Shown here: in pieces, positions 37,426 through 46,266 of the stretch
How the letters are laid out: each line of letters starts with the position of its first letter
How positions within the stretch are numbered: the stretch's first letter is position 1
From: Candidatus Micrarchaeota archaeon
GTDB taxonomy: Archaea > Micrarchaeota > Micrarchaeia > Norongarragalinales > SBBD01
Assembly (NCBI GenBank): GCA_018819225.1
Contig: JAHJQN010000008.1
Location: forward strand, 1-64,000
DNA: 64,000 bases
Direction of reading: 5' to 3'
Position numbers and translations under genes: made by a program
The notes under the pieces: model-generated
What the model was told of the DNA's origin: nothing
Databases searched by the model: none
What the model saw: the letters and a program-made list of their open reading frames with translations, nothing else

Positions 37426-37569
37426 ATCGTACCTTAGCATAACCGCACGATATAACAAGCAACCGGAGGATACTCTAAAAGGGAAAAAGAATAAGGAAAA
37501 GAGTAATGGTGATAATAAAAAGACGGAGGGAAAAATAAGAAAAGAAGAAAAAAAAGAAAAAAAGAGAGC

Positions 37570-38649
37570 TCAGAAGCGCATGCGCTCGAGCTCCATGGCG
37601 GTTTCTCGCTTGGCCGACTTTTGCGGTTTCGTGCGACCCATCACGTGCGGAGACGATACGCCCGTGACCACAGCCGTCACCACCATTCGATCGCCCAACT
37701 CCGGATTAATGCGCGCGCCCCATTTCACGTACGCATTATTGTCGAACGCTTCCGTAATCCCTTCGCCGACCTTCACCGCCTCCCCGAGAGACAGTTGAGG
37801 CCCTCCGTGAATCAAGATTAACGCGCCCTTCGCGCCCGTATAATCCACTTCCAACAAGGGATGCTCCAACGTGCTCTTCACGGCTTGCTCCACGCGATTC
37901 GAGCCCGACGCTTCACCAATTGAAATCACGGAACTACCCGCATTACCCATAATCATGCGCAAGTCCGCGAAATCGATGTTCATCAACGAAGGCAGCATCA
38001 CCGTATCCGAAATGCCTTTGACCGCACGCGCCACTAATTGATCTGCAACGGCAAACGCCTGGTTCATCGGAAGATTCGGGACATAGCTAACCAATCGGTT
38101 ATTATCAATCAAAACCATGGAATCGCACTTCTCACGCAACGCCTCCATGCCCCAATCCGCCTTATCCAAACGCGCTCGCTCCAACGCGAACGGATACGTC
38201 ACCATAGCAACGGTAATGGCCCCCTGCTCCTTCGCAATCTCGGCAACCACTGGTGCAGCACCAGTACCCGTTCCACCACCCATACCCGCGGTAATGAAAA
38301 CGAGTTCCGCCTCACCAATAACTTCCTTCAGCTTCTCACGCGATTGCTCGGCCGCCTTCAGTCCCACTTCAGGAAATCCGCCTGCGCCTAAACCGCGCGT
38401 CATCGCCGCGCCCATCAACAACTTTCGATCGGCTTCGCAAAGCATCAAATGCTTCTTATCCGTATTCAACGCAATCGTTTCCGCGCTCTTAATGCCCATT
38501 TTCTTAAGCCGCGTGACACAATTCGTGCCTGCTCCTCCTACTCCAATGACTTTCACACGAATATCGCTTGGAGTCCAGTTCTTTGCAGCCTCTTCGGGAG
38601 TCTGCTGTCCGGCGCTGTGCTTAAGCGCGTCTGCAATCAAGGTGTCCAT
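37570..38649 (-). CDS. ftsZ: Cell division protein FtsZ (FtsZ2-like)
   Basis: 'GVGGAG', 'GMGGGTGTGAAP', 'PFALERAR', 'DNNRL..VPNLP', 'NIDFAD'. Confidence 0.96.
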   Translation of the reverse strand: MDTLIADALKHSAGQQTPEEAAKNWTPSDIRVKVIGVGGAGTNCVTRLKKMGIKSAETIALNTDKKHLMLCEADRKLLMGAAMTRGLGAGGFPEVGLKAAEQSREKLKEVIGEAELVFITAGMGGGTGTGAAPVVAEIAKEQGAITVAMVTYPFALERARLDKADWGMEALREKCDSMVLIDNNRLVSYVPNLPMNQAFAVADQLVARAVKGISDTVMLPSLMNIDFADLRMIMGNAGSSVISIGEASGSNRVEQAVKSTLEHPLLEVDYTGAKGALILIHGGPQLSLGEAVKVGEGITEAFDNNAYVKWGARINPELGDRMVVTAVVTGVSSPHVMGRTKPQKSAKRETAMELERMRF

Positions 38650-38773
38650 ATCGTCTCATCTCGGGGGGGGTTTACACTCGAGGGGACCTAGAAAAAACAA
38701 CTGCTGCCTTAAGGCTGCTCTTGCCATTCACGATCCTCTGCGGGGTGGGTGGTTATTACGACGAAAGCGAGCT

Positions 38774-39838
38774 TCAGCCAATAATCTCGATATCGTAGCC
38801 CTTCTCTTTTACAGGCTCTTTATCGAAATGATGGACTTTCCCCACGATTTGAGGTGAAGTCACTCCCGTAATAATCGCAACAATTTCCAGGCGGCCGGCG
38901 TAGTCCTCCACTAGTCGCGCGCCCCACTTGACGCTTGCCCGCGGGTCCATTTGCTCCGTCAGCATCTCGCCCGCGCGAATCGCTTCTCCCAACGTGAGAT
39001 CGCCACCGCCCGCGATGTGGATTAACGCGCCCTTCGCGCCCACAAAATCAACATCCAGCAAACGGTTCTTCAATACTCCGTTAACGGCTTCATCCACCTT
39101 GTTCGCGCCCTTACCACTTCCAACAGCAATCATTCCAACGTCTCCCTGGCCCATGATCGCTCGAACGTCCGCAAAGTCAATGTTCACCAAAGAAGGCTGC
39201 GTTATCGTGAACACGAGTCCTCCGATCGCCTTCGCCAGAATTTCATCCGCGACCAAAAACGCTTGGTTCATCGGAAGATTCGGCACGATTTGAACCAGGC
39301 GGTTGTTATCCAAAATAATGACCGAATCAGAAACGTTCCTCAAGTTCTCGATTCCGGTATCCGCTTTCTTTACGCGAGCGCGTTCCAACGCAAACGGATA
39401 GGAGACCATGGATACGACGATGGCACCCATGCCCTTAGCAATTTCAGCAAAAACCGGGGCCGCACCGGTTCCCGTGCCGCCACCCATTCCAGCGCAAATG
39501 AAAACCAAATGAGCGCCCTCCAACTTCTTTTCAATGGCCGCACGATCCACTTCCGCGCACTTCGCACCCACTTCCGGATAGCCTCCGGCACCCAATCCTT
39601 TCGTGACCGATTTGCCAATCAACATTTTAGAAATGCCTTCCTCCATAATGTTCAAGTGCTGACGGTCCGTGTTAGCCGCAACCAACTCCGCGCCTTGAAC
39701 GCCCAAGCGCTTCAAGCGGTTCACCGTATTGTTCCCGCTTCCCCCGATTCCAATGACGGCAATTTTAATGCCATCGAAGTCATTCGAAGTCTGCTGCGTG
39801 CTTCTGGTTTGCAGAGCCGATTTGATGATGCTCTCCAT
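38774..39838 (-). CDS. ftsZ: Cell division protein FtsZ (FtsZ2-like), tandem paralog
   Basis: Same motifs as the downstream copy. GGAGG SD before ATG 39838. Confidence 0.96.
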   Translation of the reverse strand: MESIIKSALQTRSTQQTSNDFDGIKIAVIGIGGSGNNTVNRLKRLGVQGAELVAANTDRQHLNIMEEGISKMLIGKSVTKGLGAGGYPEVGAKCAEVDRAAIEKKLEGAHLVFICAGMGGGTGTGAAPVFAEIAKGMGAIVVSMVSYPFALERARVKKADTGIENLRNVSDSVIILDNNRLVQIVPNLPMNQAFLVADEILAKAIGGLVFTITQPSLVNIDFADVRAIMGQGDVGMIAVGSGKGANKVDEAVNGVLKNRLLDVDFVGAKGALIHIAGGGDLTLGEAIRAGEMLTEQMDPRASVKWGARLVEDYAGRLEIVAIITGVTSPQIVGKVHHFDKEPVKEKGYDIEIIG

Positions 39839-40032
39839 GTGATTTCGCCTCCGGTTGGTGGTTCTAATCAAGCGTATGTTTAACAAAACAGCCTCAGCTA
39901 TATAAATTTTTCGGCGATTTCAGCCAGAAACGGGCTGGAAAACCCCTAATCCGAACCGCAGCACCCTGAAAATCGCTCCAGCGCACAGAAAAAGGTCCCG
40001 AATGGGGTAAAAGAAGGCCGCTCAATGCTCCA

Positions 40033-41280
40033 TCAATTCTGCTTTACGATGCGGGGTTTCGCCTTGGACCCCCCATTTTTCGGCGCCGCATGCGAATCCT
40101 CGGCCTCATTCGAGCGCGCCGCGAAAATACCCGCCGTTGCAATCACGTTCGTTATCAAAATGATCAGCAACGCCGATTGCGCAAAATGCTGGATGTCCAA
40201 ACCGAATGTCAACGGATACGACGCAAGAACCGCCGCGGCGAGACCGCGCGGCATCATCGTCGTCAGCAACACCTTATGATCCTGCAGCTGCGGATTCATG
40301 CGCGAAATAATTTCCACTCCGATATAACGAGCGACAATAATTCCGACCAACGAAACCACGGCAATCAAAATCACGGCCGTATCGAGGGAAAACAAGTTGA
40401 AGAGCGTTCCCAAATACACGAAGAAAAAAGTGCGGACAAAAAACGTGATCTCCAACTGAAACTCGCGAAACGTTTTATCAATATGGAAATTCGCGTCCAT
40501 CTGCATGCGCTTCGCGACGGCTTGCGCATTCCCGATCACCAAGCCGAAAACCAGTACCGCAATGGCTCCGCTCGCCTGGACGGCTTCCACTAACGAATAC
40601 AAGAGGAACACGATCGCAAGAGAAAGCAAATACCCGTACGGCTTCTGGTAAAAATTGCGTAGAATGCCGACCCAAATCATGCCGACAATCAAGCCCACCA
40701 TCGCCGCAATCGAAAACGCGCCCAACAACGCATTACCAGCCGAAGAAAGATTGACCGCACTATTCACAATCAAACCCACCAACGTCACGGACACCACGAT
40801 ACAGAGCGCATCCGTCAAAGCCGATTCTAACGTCAGCAATGTTTTGACGCTCTCCGAAGTTTTAACGCGCGAAATCACCGTCAGCACGATCGATGACGAG
40901 GTACCGCCGATGACGGCTCCGAACAAGAGCCCGTAAGAAAACGGCCAGCCAAACGCAACCGTCATGGCAATTCCGACGGTAAAAATCGTGAAAATGAATG
41001 CGATGAAGGTGAACAAGGTCGCGTCCGACAACTCATTCAGTACCCTAAAGAAATTCAGATTGATGCCGCCATCGAATAACAGAATGATGAGCGCAATGGT
41101 TCCCACAAACGGTACGGCAGAAGAAAAGAGCGCGAGATCCACGAGATTCAAACCCGGGCCGATCACGATCCCGATGAACATGAGAATGAGCACGTCCGAA
41201 ATACCCGTGCGTTCAAACAAAATCGACGCAAAGAACCCGACGAGTATGATGACGCCTATCAGCATGAACTGTTCCAGCAT
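40033..41280 (-). CDS. CPA1/NhaP-type cation:proton antiporter
   Basis: 'LFDGG', 'GGTSSSIV', 'LESALTD', 'FFVRTFFFVYLG', 'PRGLAAAVLA'. Confidence 0.9.
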   Translation of the reverse strand: MLEQFMLIGVIILVGFFASILFERTGISDVLILMFIGIVIGPGLNLVDLALFSSAVPFVGTIALIILLFDGGINLNFFRVLNELSDATLFTFIAFIFTIFTVGIAMTVAFGWPFSYGLLFGAVIGGTSSSIVLTVISRVKTSESVKTLLTLESALTDALCIVVSVTLVGLIVNSAVNLSSAGNALLGAFSIAAMVGLIVGMIWVGILRNFYQKPYGYLLSLAIVFLLYSLVEAVQASGAIAVLVFGLVIGNAQAVAKRMQMDANFHIDKTFREFQLEITFFVRTFFFVYLGTLFNLFSLDTAVILIAVVSLVGIIVARYIGVEIISRMNPQLQDHKVLLTTMMPRGLAAAVLASYPLTFGLDIQHFAQSALLIILITNVIATAGIFAARSNEAEDSHAAPKNGGSKAKPRIVKQN

Positions 41281-41344
41281 AACGATCCCTTCGATCTCGA
41301 AACATTAAACCTGCAAACATTTAAAGCCTTTAGAAACGGGGGGT

Positions 41345-42298
41345 TTATCCGAACGGCATCCCGAACAAAGACGGGAACTCCAAGAACGTTTCCACGAGCA
41401 AGAATAGGCCGTATGCCACCAACAACATGAGCGCATGTTTCCGCTGAATCGTGACGTGACGACGCACGAAATACAACAGCAACGCGTTTATGGCGAACGC
41501 AAACACGATCAAACTGAAAAACGGGGTCAACTGAACCGCCAACGGATTAATGAGTGCCGCCAAACCCAATATCAACGTGAGATTCGTGAGCGCGCTCCCC
41601 AAAATGTTGCCGAGCGCCAAGGAAGAATGATGCGTGCGAATCGCCTGCAGGTTTACCGCCAGCTCAGGAACCGTCGTTCCCCACGCAATCACGGTGGCCC
41701 CAATAACCGATTTCGAAATGCTTAACATTCCCGCCAATAACACCGCCGAACGCACGACGAACTGCGCCGAAACCACTACGATCGCCAAACCCAACGAAAA
41801 CAAGAACGCGCTAAACACCGCGGAACGCGCGTCCACATGATGGCGGGAACTGGACGGCGAGCGTTTCTGCAGCGTCATGTAAGCGTACAGCAAGAAAATG
41901 CCGATTAAAATCAATCCGTAAAACGCGCTCAAGAAACCCGTCAACATAAACAAGGGGAGCAACGAGATAATGATCAGTAAAATGATGATGTCATTGACGT
42001 CCTGACGTCGAATCGTCACGGTTCCAACCAGCGCAGTTATACCAAGAACTAAAGCGACATCTGCAATGTTCGCGCCCAACACATTACCGACCGTAATGGC
42101 GACTTCGTCACTGAACGCGGAGGTTAACGCAATGGAAAGTTCCGGCAACGAAGTCGCAACCGAAAGCAAGAGAAATCCAACCGCGATTTCGGATAAATGA
42201 AAGAACGCGGCTAAACGTAAAGCGCTTTGAATCATCCACTCCGCCGCTTTCGCGAGCACGAGAACACTCAGAATCAGAATGAGCAACTGGTCAATCAT
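41345..42298 (-). CDS. Na+/Ca2+ exchanger (CaCA) family protein
   Basis: Alpha repeats 'ATSLPEL...GNVLGAN' and 'GTTVPEL...GNILGS'. Confidence 0.92.
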   Translation of the reverse strand: MIDQLLILILSVLVLAKAAEWMIQSALRLAAFFHLSEIAVGFLLLSVATSLPELSIALTSAFSDEVAITVGNVLGANIADVALVLGITALVGTVTIRRQDVNDIIILLIIISLLPLFMLTGFLSAFYGLILIGIFLLYAYMTLQKRSPSSSRHHVDARSAVFSAFLFSLGLAIVVVSAQFVVRSAVLLAGMLSISKSVIGATVIAWGTTVPELAVNLQAIRTHHSSLALGNILGSALTNLTLILGLAALINPLAVQLTPFFSLIVFAFAINALLLYFVRRHVTIQRKHALMLLVAYGLFLLVETFLEFPSLFGMPFG

Positions 42299-42470
42299 GC
42301 ATAAAGGAAAGTGAACGTCATTTTAATGCTTTCGAAACCCGTTCGCTAAAGGACCGCTCGCAAAAAAATCGGGAAAAGGAATATAAATCCGATCCGCGTT
42401 ACAGAAACGTTCCTCACAGAACACGCACTCGATTCACGCAATGGGTTGAATAGGCTTTCGAAGTGAACGC

Positions 42471-42593
42471 ATGAACAAGGCAGACTTTACTGTATTCATA
42501 TTGCTGATGACCATCATCATCACGCTCAAAGTGCACTGGATCTTGGGCATCACGTTCTTCCTCGCCAGCTACAGCTTCATCGCAAAGGAATAG
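42471..42593 (+). CDS. Putative 40-aa two-helix membrane microprotein (below the ORF-track cutoff)
   Basis: MNKADFTVFILLMTIIITLKVHWILGITFFLASYSFIAKE*. Codon usage resembles host genes, and it lies directly upstream of polB. Confidence 0.5.
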   Translation: MNKADFTVFILLMTIIITLKVHWILGITFFLASYSFIAKE

Positions 42594-42642
42594 CGTGATA
42601 ATTTCCGAACCCTTTTTATTCCTGCAACGCCTGCAAGCCTTC

Positions 42643-45090
42643 ATGCACCACACGGCATTCCTACTGGATGTCAACTACGTCATGAAAGAGCAGCGCAGCA
42701 TGCTCCGGCTTCTCCTGAAAGACGAGAAAACCCAGAAAACCATTCGGGCATACGATGCGGATTACGCCCCCTACTTTTACTTGCACGCGAACGCCGAAAA
42801 AGAAACCGAAACAAAATTGGTGGAAGAACTCAAGCGGTTGAAGGTATACGGTCGCGAAGGCGAAGCGAAAATCATGGACGTGAAAATGGAAGAACGCCTG
42901 CTCCTCGGGAAAAAAACGAGGCTCTTGCGCATCACGTGCCAACACCCGTCACACGTACCCAAGCTGCGAGAAGAAGTCAAACGCTTCGGAACCACGTACG
43001 AGGACGCGATCCAATTCACGAAACGGTACATGATAGATAAAAAATTGTATCCGTGCCAGCTCGTCCAATTAAACGTGAATGAAAAAAAGGAGGCGACGGA
43101 ACTCGCGCCCCAAGAAACACCCGCCAATACCACGATGCCCATCGAAGTCACGGCGTTCGATATTGAAACGTATAATCCGCAGGGCATGCCAAGACCGGAA
43201 GTGGATCCGTGCCTCATGATCGGGTACGCGGACAAAACAGGCAGCCAATTGCTCACGTACTCCAAACCCATTGCCGTACCGAATGTGCACAATTACGGTA
43301 GCGAAAAAGACATGCTGGAAGCCTTTTCCAAACTGCTTAAACTAAAGAAAGCGGATCTCGTGTGCACGTATAATGGAGACTCGTTCGACTTACCGTACTT
43401 GAGAGAACGCGCAAAAAAAACGCATGCCGTCATGCACCTGGGACGGGATACCTCCCCCCCGAACAGTCGCCAAACGGGCTTGCGCGTGCGCACCTCGCTC
43501 ATCGGAAGAATTCATTTCGACGTCTTTCCCGTGGTTTCACTGCTCAGTTACATCGGCGCCTACAAAATGCAGCGCCTGACCCTCAAAGCCGTTTACAAGG
43601 AAATACTGGGAGGCAAAAAAGAAGATATCGAGAAATACGAGATCTGGAAAACATGGGATCAGGGAACCGAAGAAGAAATGAAGCACTTGTTCAAGTACTG
43701 CCGCGTCGACGCGGAAGCCGCGTACCAGCTCGCGGACCACCTGCTCCCCTTGGAGATTGAATTGTCGCGAATCACCGGAAACACGTTGTTTGAAACCGCG
43801 CGGGCCACTCCCGGACAACTCGTTGAATCCCTGCTCATGCGAAGAGCATTCGAAGGCGGCGAAATCATATTGAACAAGCCCGATTACGAAGAAGTCAAAC
43901 AACGCTCCGAGAATCCGGTGGAAGGCGCGTTCGTCCAATTGCCTTCCCCAGGCATCTACGACCACATCGCCGTACTGGACTTCCGGTCGCTGTATCCCAG
44001 CATCATCATCTCGCACAACATCGATCCCTCCACCATTAACTGCAGTTGCTGCACGGAAAAAGAAGCGTATCTATCGCCGAAAGGCCACCGGTTCTGCAAA
44101 AAACGAAAAGGCCTGATCCCGAAAACGCTTCAGCACGTCCTCGAAGCACGAATCGCCATCAAACAGCAAATGAAAACGCTCAAAAAAGAAGGAAAAACCG
44201 ATTCCACATTATTTAAGCAATTGGATGCACGACAAACCGCGCTCAAGATTCTGGCGAATAGCACGTACGGCTACTTGTTGTATGCGCGCTCACGATATTA
44301 CTCGCGCGAATGCGGGGAAAGCGTGACCGCATGGGGCCGCCATTACGTACAAGAAACTTTGAAAAAAGCCGGCGAAGCCGGATTGAAACCGTTGTACGCC
44401 GATACCGATAGTGCCTTTCTGCTCTACGGAAAACCGGAGAATGAAAATAAAGTCACGGCATTCCAAAAGCGCATCAACGCCGAACTGCCTGAAAGCATGG
44501 AACTCGAACTCGAAGACATTTACCCCAGAGGCATATTCGTCAGCAAAAAACAAGAGGAAAAAGGCGCGAAAAAGAAGTACGCCCTCATCAACCGCGAAGG
44601 AAAAATCAAGATCAGGGGCTTCGAACTCGTGCGAAGGGACTGGAGCCGCATCGCGAAAGAAACGCAGCGAGAAGTGATTCAGATATTGCTCGGGGAAGGA
44701 GACGTGGAGAAAGCGCGCCAAATCGTGCGCGAAGTCGTGGAGCGCCTGAAAGAAGGCAAGGTGCCCCTCGAAGAACTCGCGATTTACACGCAATTGAAAA
44801 AGAAAGCGAAAAGTTACGAAATCATGTCCCCGGAAGTCAGCGCGTTTCTGAAAGCGCAGAAAGCCGGCGTACGCATGGATGAGAAAAGCGTGATCGCGTA
44901 CGTGATTACCAAGAAAGGAAAAAGCATTTCCGACCGAGCGGAAATTCTGGAGAGAGCCAAAGACTACGACCCCGAGTATTACATTAACAATCAAGTGCTT
45001 CCCGCCGTATTGCGCATCATGGGCGCCATGGGCTTCGAGAAAGAAGACTTGAAAACCAAGGGGAGACAGAAAAGCCTGGGAGACTGGTAG
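42643..45090 (+). CDS. polB: Family B DNA polymerase
   Basis: Exonuclease 'FDIETY', 'YNGDSFD', polymerase 'DFRSLYPSII', 'KILANSTYGY', 'YADTDS', 'KKYA'. No intein. Confidence 0.97.
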   Translation: MHHTAFLLDVNYVMKEQRSMLRLLLKDEKTQKTIRAYDADYAPYFYLHANAEKETETKLVEELKRLKVYGREGEAKIMDVKMEERLLLGKKTRLLRITCQHPSHVPKLREEVKRFGTTYEDAIQFTKRYMIDKKLYPCQLVQLNVNEKKEATELAPQETPANTTMPIEVTAFDIETYNPQGMPRPEVDPCLMIGYADKTGSQLLTYSKPIAVPNVHNYGSEKDMLEAFSKLLKLKKADLVCTYNGDSFDLPYLRERAKKTHAVMHLGRDTSPPNSRQTGLRVRTSLIGRIHFDVFPVVSLLSYIGAYKMQRLTLKAVYKEILGGKKEDIEKYEIWKTWDQGTEEEMKHLFKYCRVDAEAAYQLADHLLPLEIELSRITGNTLFETARATPGQLVESLLMRRAFEGGEIILNKPDYEEVKQRSENPVEGAFVQLPSPGIYDHIAVLDFRSLYPSIIISHNIDPSTINCSCCTEKEAYLSPKGHRFCKKRKGLIPKTLQHVLEARIAIKQQMKTLKKEGKTDSTLFKQLDARQTALKILANSTYGYLLYARSRYYSRECGESVTAWGRHYVQETLKKAGEAGLKPLYADTDSAFLLYGKPENENKVTAFQKRINAELPESMELELEDIYPRGIFVSKKQEEKGAKKKYALINREGKIKIRGFELVRRDWSRIAKETQREVIQILLGEGDVEKARQIVREVVERLKEGKVPLEELAIYTQLKKKAKSYEIMSPEVSAFLKAQKAGVRMDEKSVIAYVITKKGKSISDRAEILERAKDYDPEYYINNQVLPAVLRIMGAMGFEKEDLKTKGRQKSLGDW

Positions 45091-45204
45091 TCGAAAGGAT
45101 CATGCATCAACCAGAAAACCATCGTCTGACCTTTTTTAATGACCGGAACGTTGAATACCGAAAGACTAAAAGGGAGACTATGCGTGAGCCTTTGGGGGTA
45201 AACC

Positions 45205-45849
45205 GTGACGCGACTCGCAGTCTTTGATTTGGATAGCACGCTCATACACGAGGAAATGATCAATGAGTTTGCGAGCGTCGCAGGGAAGCGTAAAACCATT
45301 GAACGCATGACGAGAAACGCGAACCTTCGGGCCGAACAGAAAGAAGCGTTGAAGAAACGCGTACGGTTATTGAAAGGAGCGCGCGTCGAAGACATCAAGG
45401 CGAAAGCCCGATCCTTGCGGTTTCGAAAGCATTTCCCCGAAATGGTGCAGTGGTTTGAATCCAGGGGATTCCGAATGGCGCTGATAACCGGTGCGTTCTG
45501 GATGGGCATTCAAGAACTCAAGCGAAAGCACAAGGAACTGGAACACTTCGATTACATTGAATGCAATCACTTGCAGATCCGTCAAGGAAAGTTGACTGGA
45601 AAAGTGCTATCCAATGTTTCGGGAAACAAGGAAAAACTCCTCTTGAAACTCCAGAAGAAAACGGGCGCCACGAAACAAAATACGCTCGTTATGGGAGACA
45701 GCATGTCCGACGCGCGAATGTTCAAGCATGCGAAAATAGGGATCGCTTTCCAGCCCGCGAATCCGCGAGTAAAAAAAGCGGCCTCCCACGTCATTGAAAG
45801 CGGGGACCTCCTCGACGTAATAAAAATCGCGGAGAAAGAATACGCATGA
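45205..45849 (+). CDS. serB: HAD phosphoserine phosphatase (SerB-like)
   Basis: 'FDLDSTLIHEE', 'LITGAF', 'MGDSMSD'. Confidence 0.8.
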   Translation: MTRLAVFDLDSTLIHEEMINEFASVAGKRKTIERMTRNANLRAEQKEALKKRVRLLKGARVEDIKAKARSLRFRKHFPEMVQWFESRGFRMALITGAFWMGIQELKRKHKELEHFDYIECNHLQIRQGKLTGKVLSNVSGNKEKLLLKLQKKTGATKQNTLVMGDSMSDARMFKHAKIGIAFQPANPRVKKAASHVIESGDLLDVIKIAEKEYA

Positions 45850-45927
45850 AAAAATCGTTCGATTACGCGAAGGGGTCGGCTATACATTAAGTAAATGGAA
45901 CGGACGAGTCGAATAAGGTGGGAAAGA

Positions 45928-46185
45928 TCACGCCAGGTTCCGGCGGTCCACGACCATGACATCCTTCACGTCTAGAACGGACGCGTACGGAATCGTGACG
46001 AGTCCGCCGCCTTCCTTCTTCGCCTTGACCGCCAACGCCGAATCCGGATTGGGTTCCACGAGAACGCCTTCCAACTTGCCGGTGAGCTCGTTGACAAACA
46101 AGTCGACCACGCGGCCCAACTCCTCCCCATCCGTGGTAATCACGCGTTTTCCAGCCAGTTGCTTAGCAATAGCATATTTGACCAT
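45928..46185 (-). CDS. PRC-barrel protein (CdpB-like)
   Basis: 'LAGKRVITTDGEELGRVVDL...TGKL...IPYASVLDVKDVMVV'. GGTGA SD. Confidence 0.88.
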   Translation of the reverse strand: MVKYAIAKQLAGKRVITTDGEELGRVVDLFVNELTGKLEGVLVEPNPDSALAVKAKKEGGGLVTIPYASVLDVKDVMVVDRRNLA

Positions 46186-46266
46186 GCGAATGTCACCCAA
46201 AAAACGATCCCTTTCGAGACTATTGAACTCGTTTGATTTAAATAGCTTTCGTTCTCTCGAGCCATC

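Noticed and set aside
42643-45090. Split or intein-containing PolB as in Nanoarchaeum
   Set aside because: The ORF is contiguous with all motifs and has no intein signature.
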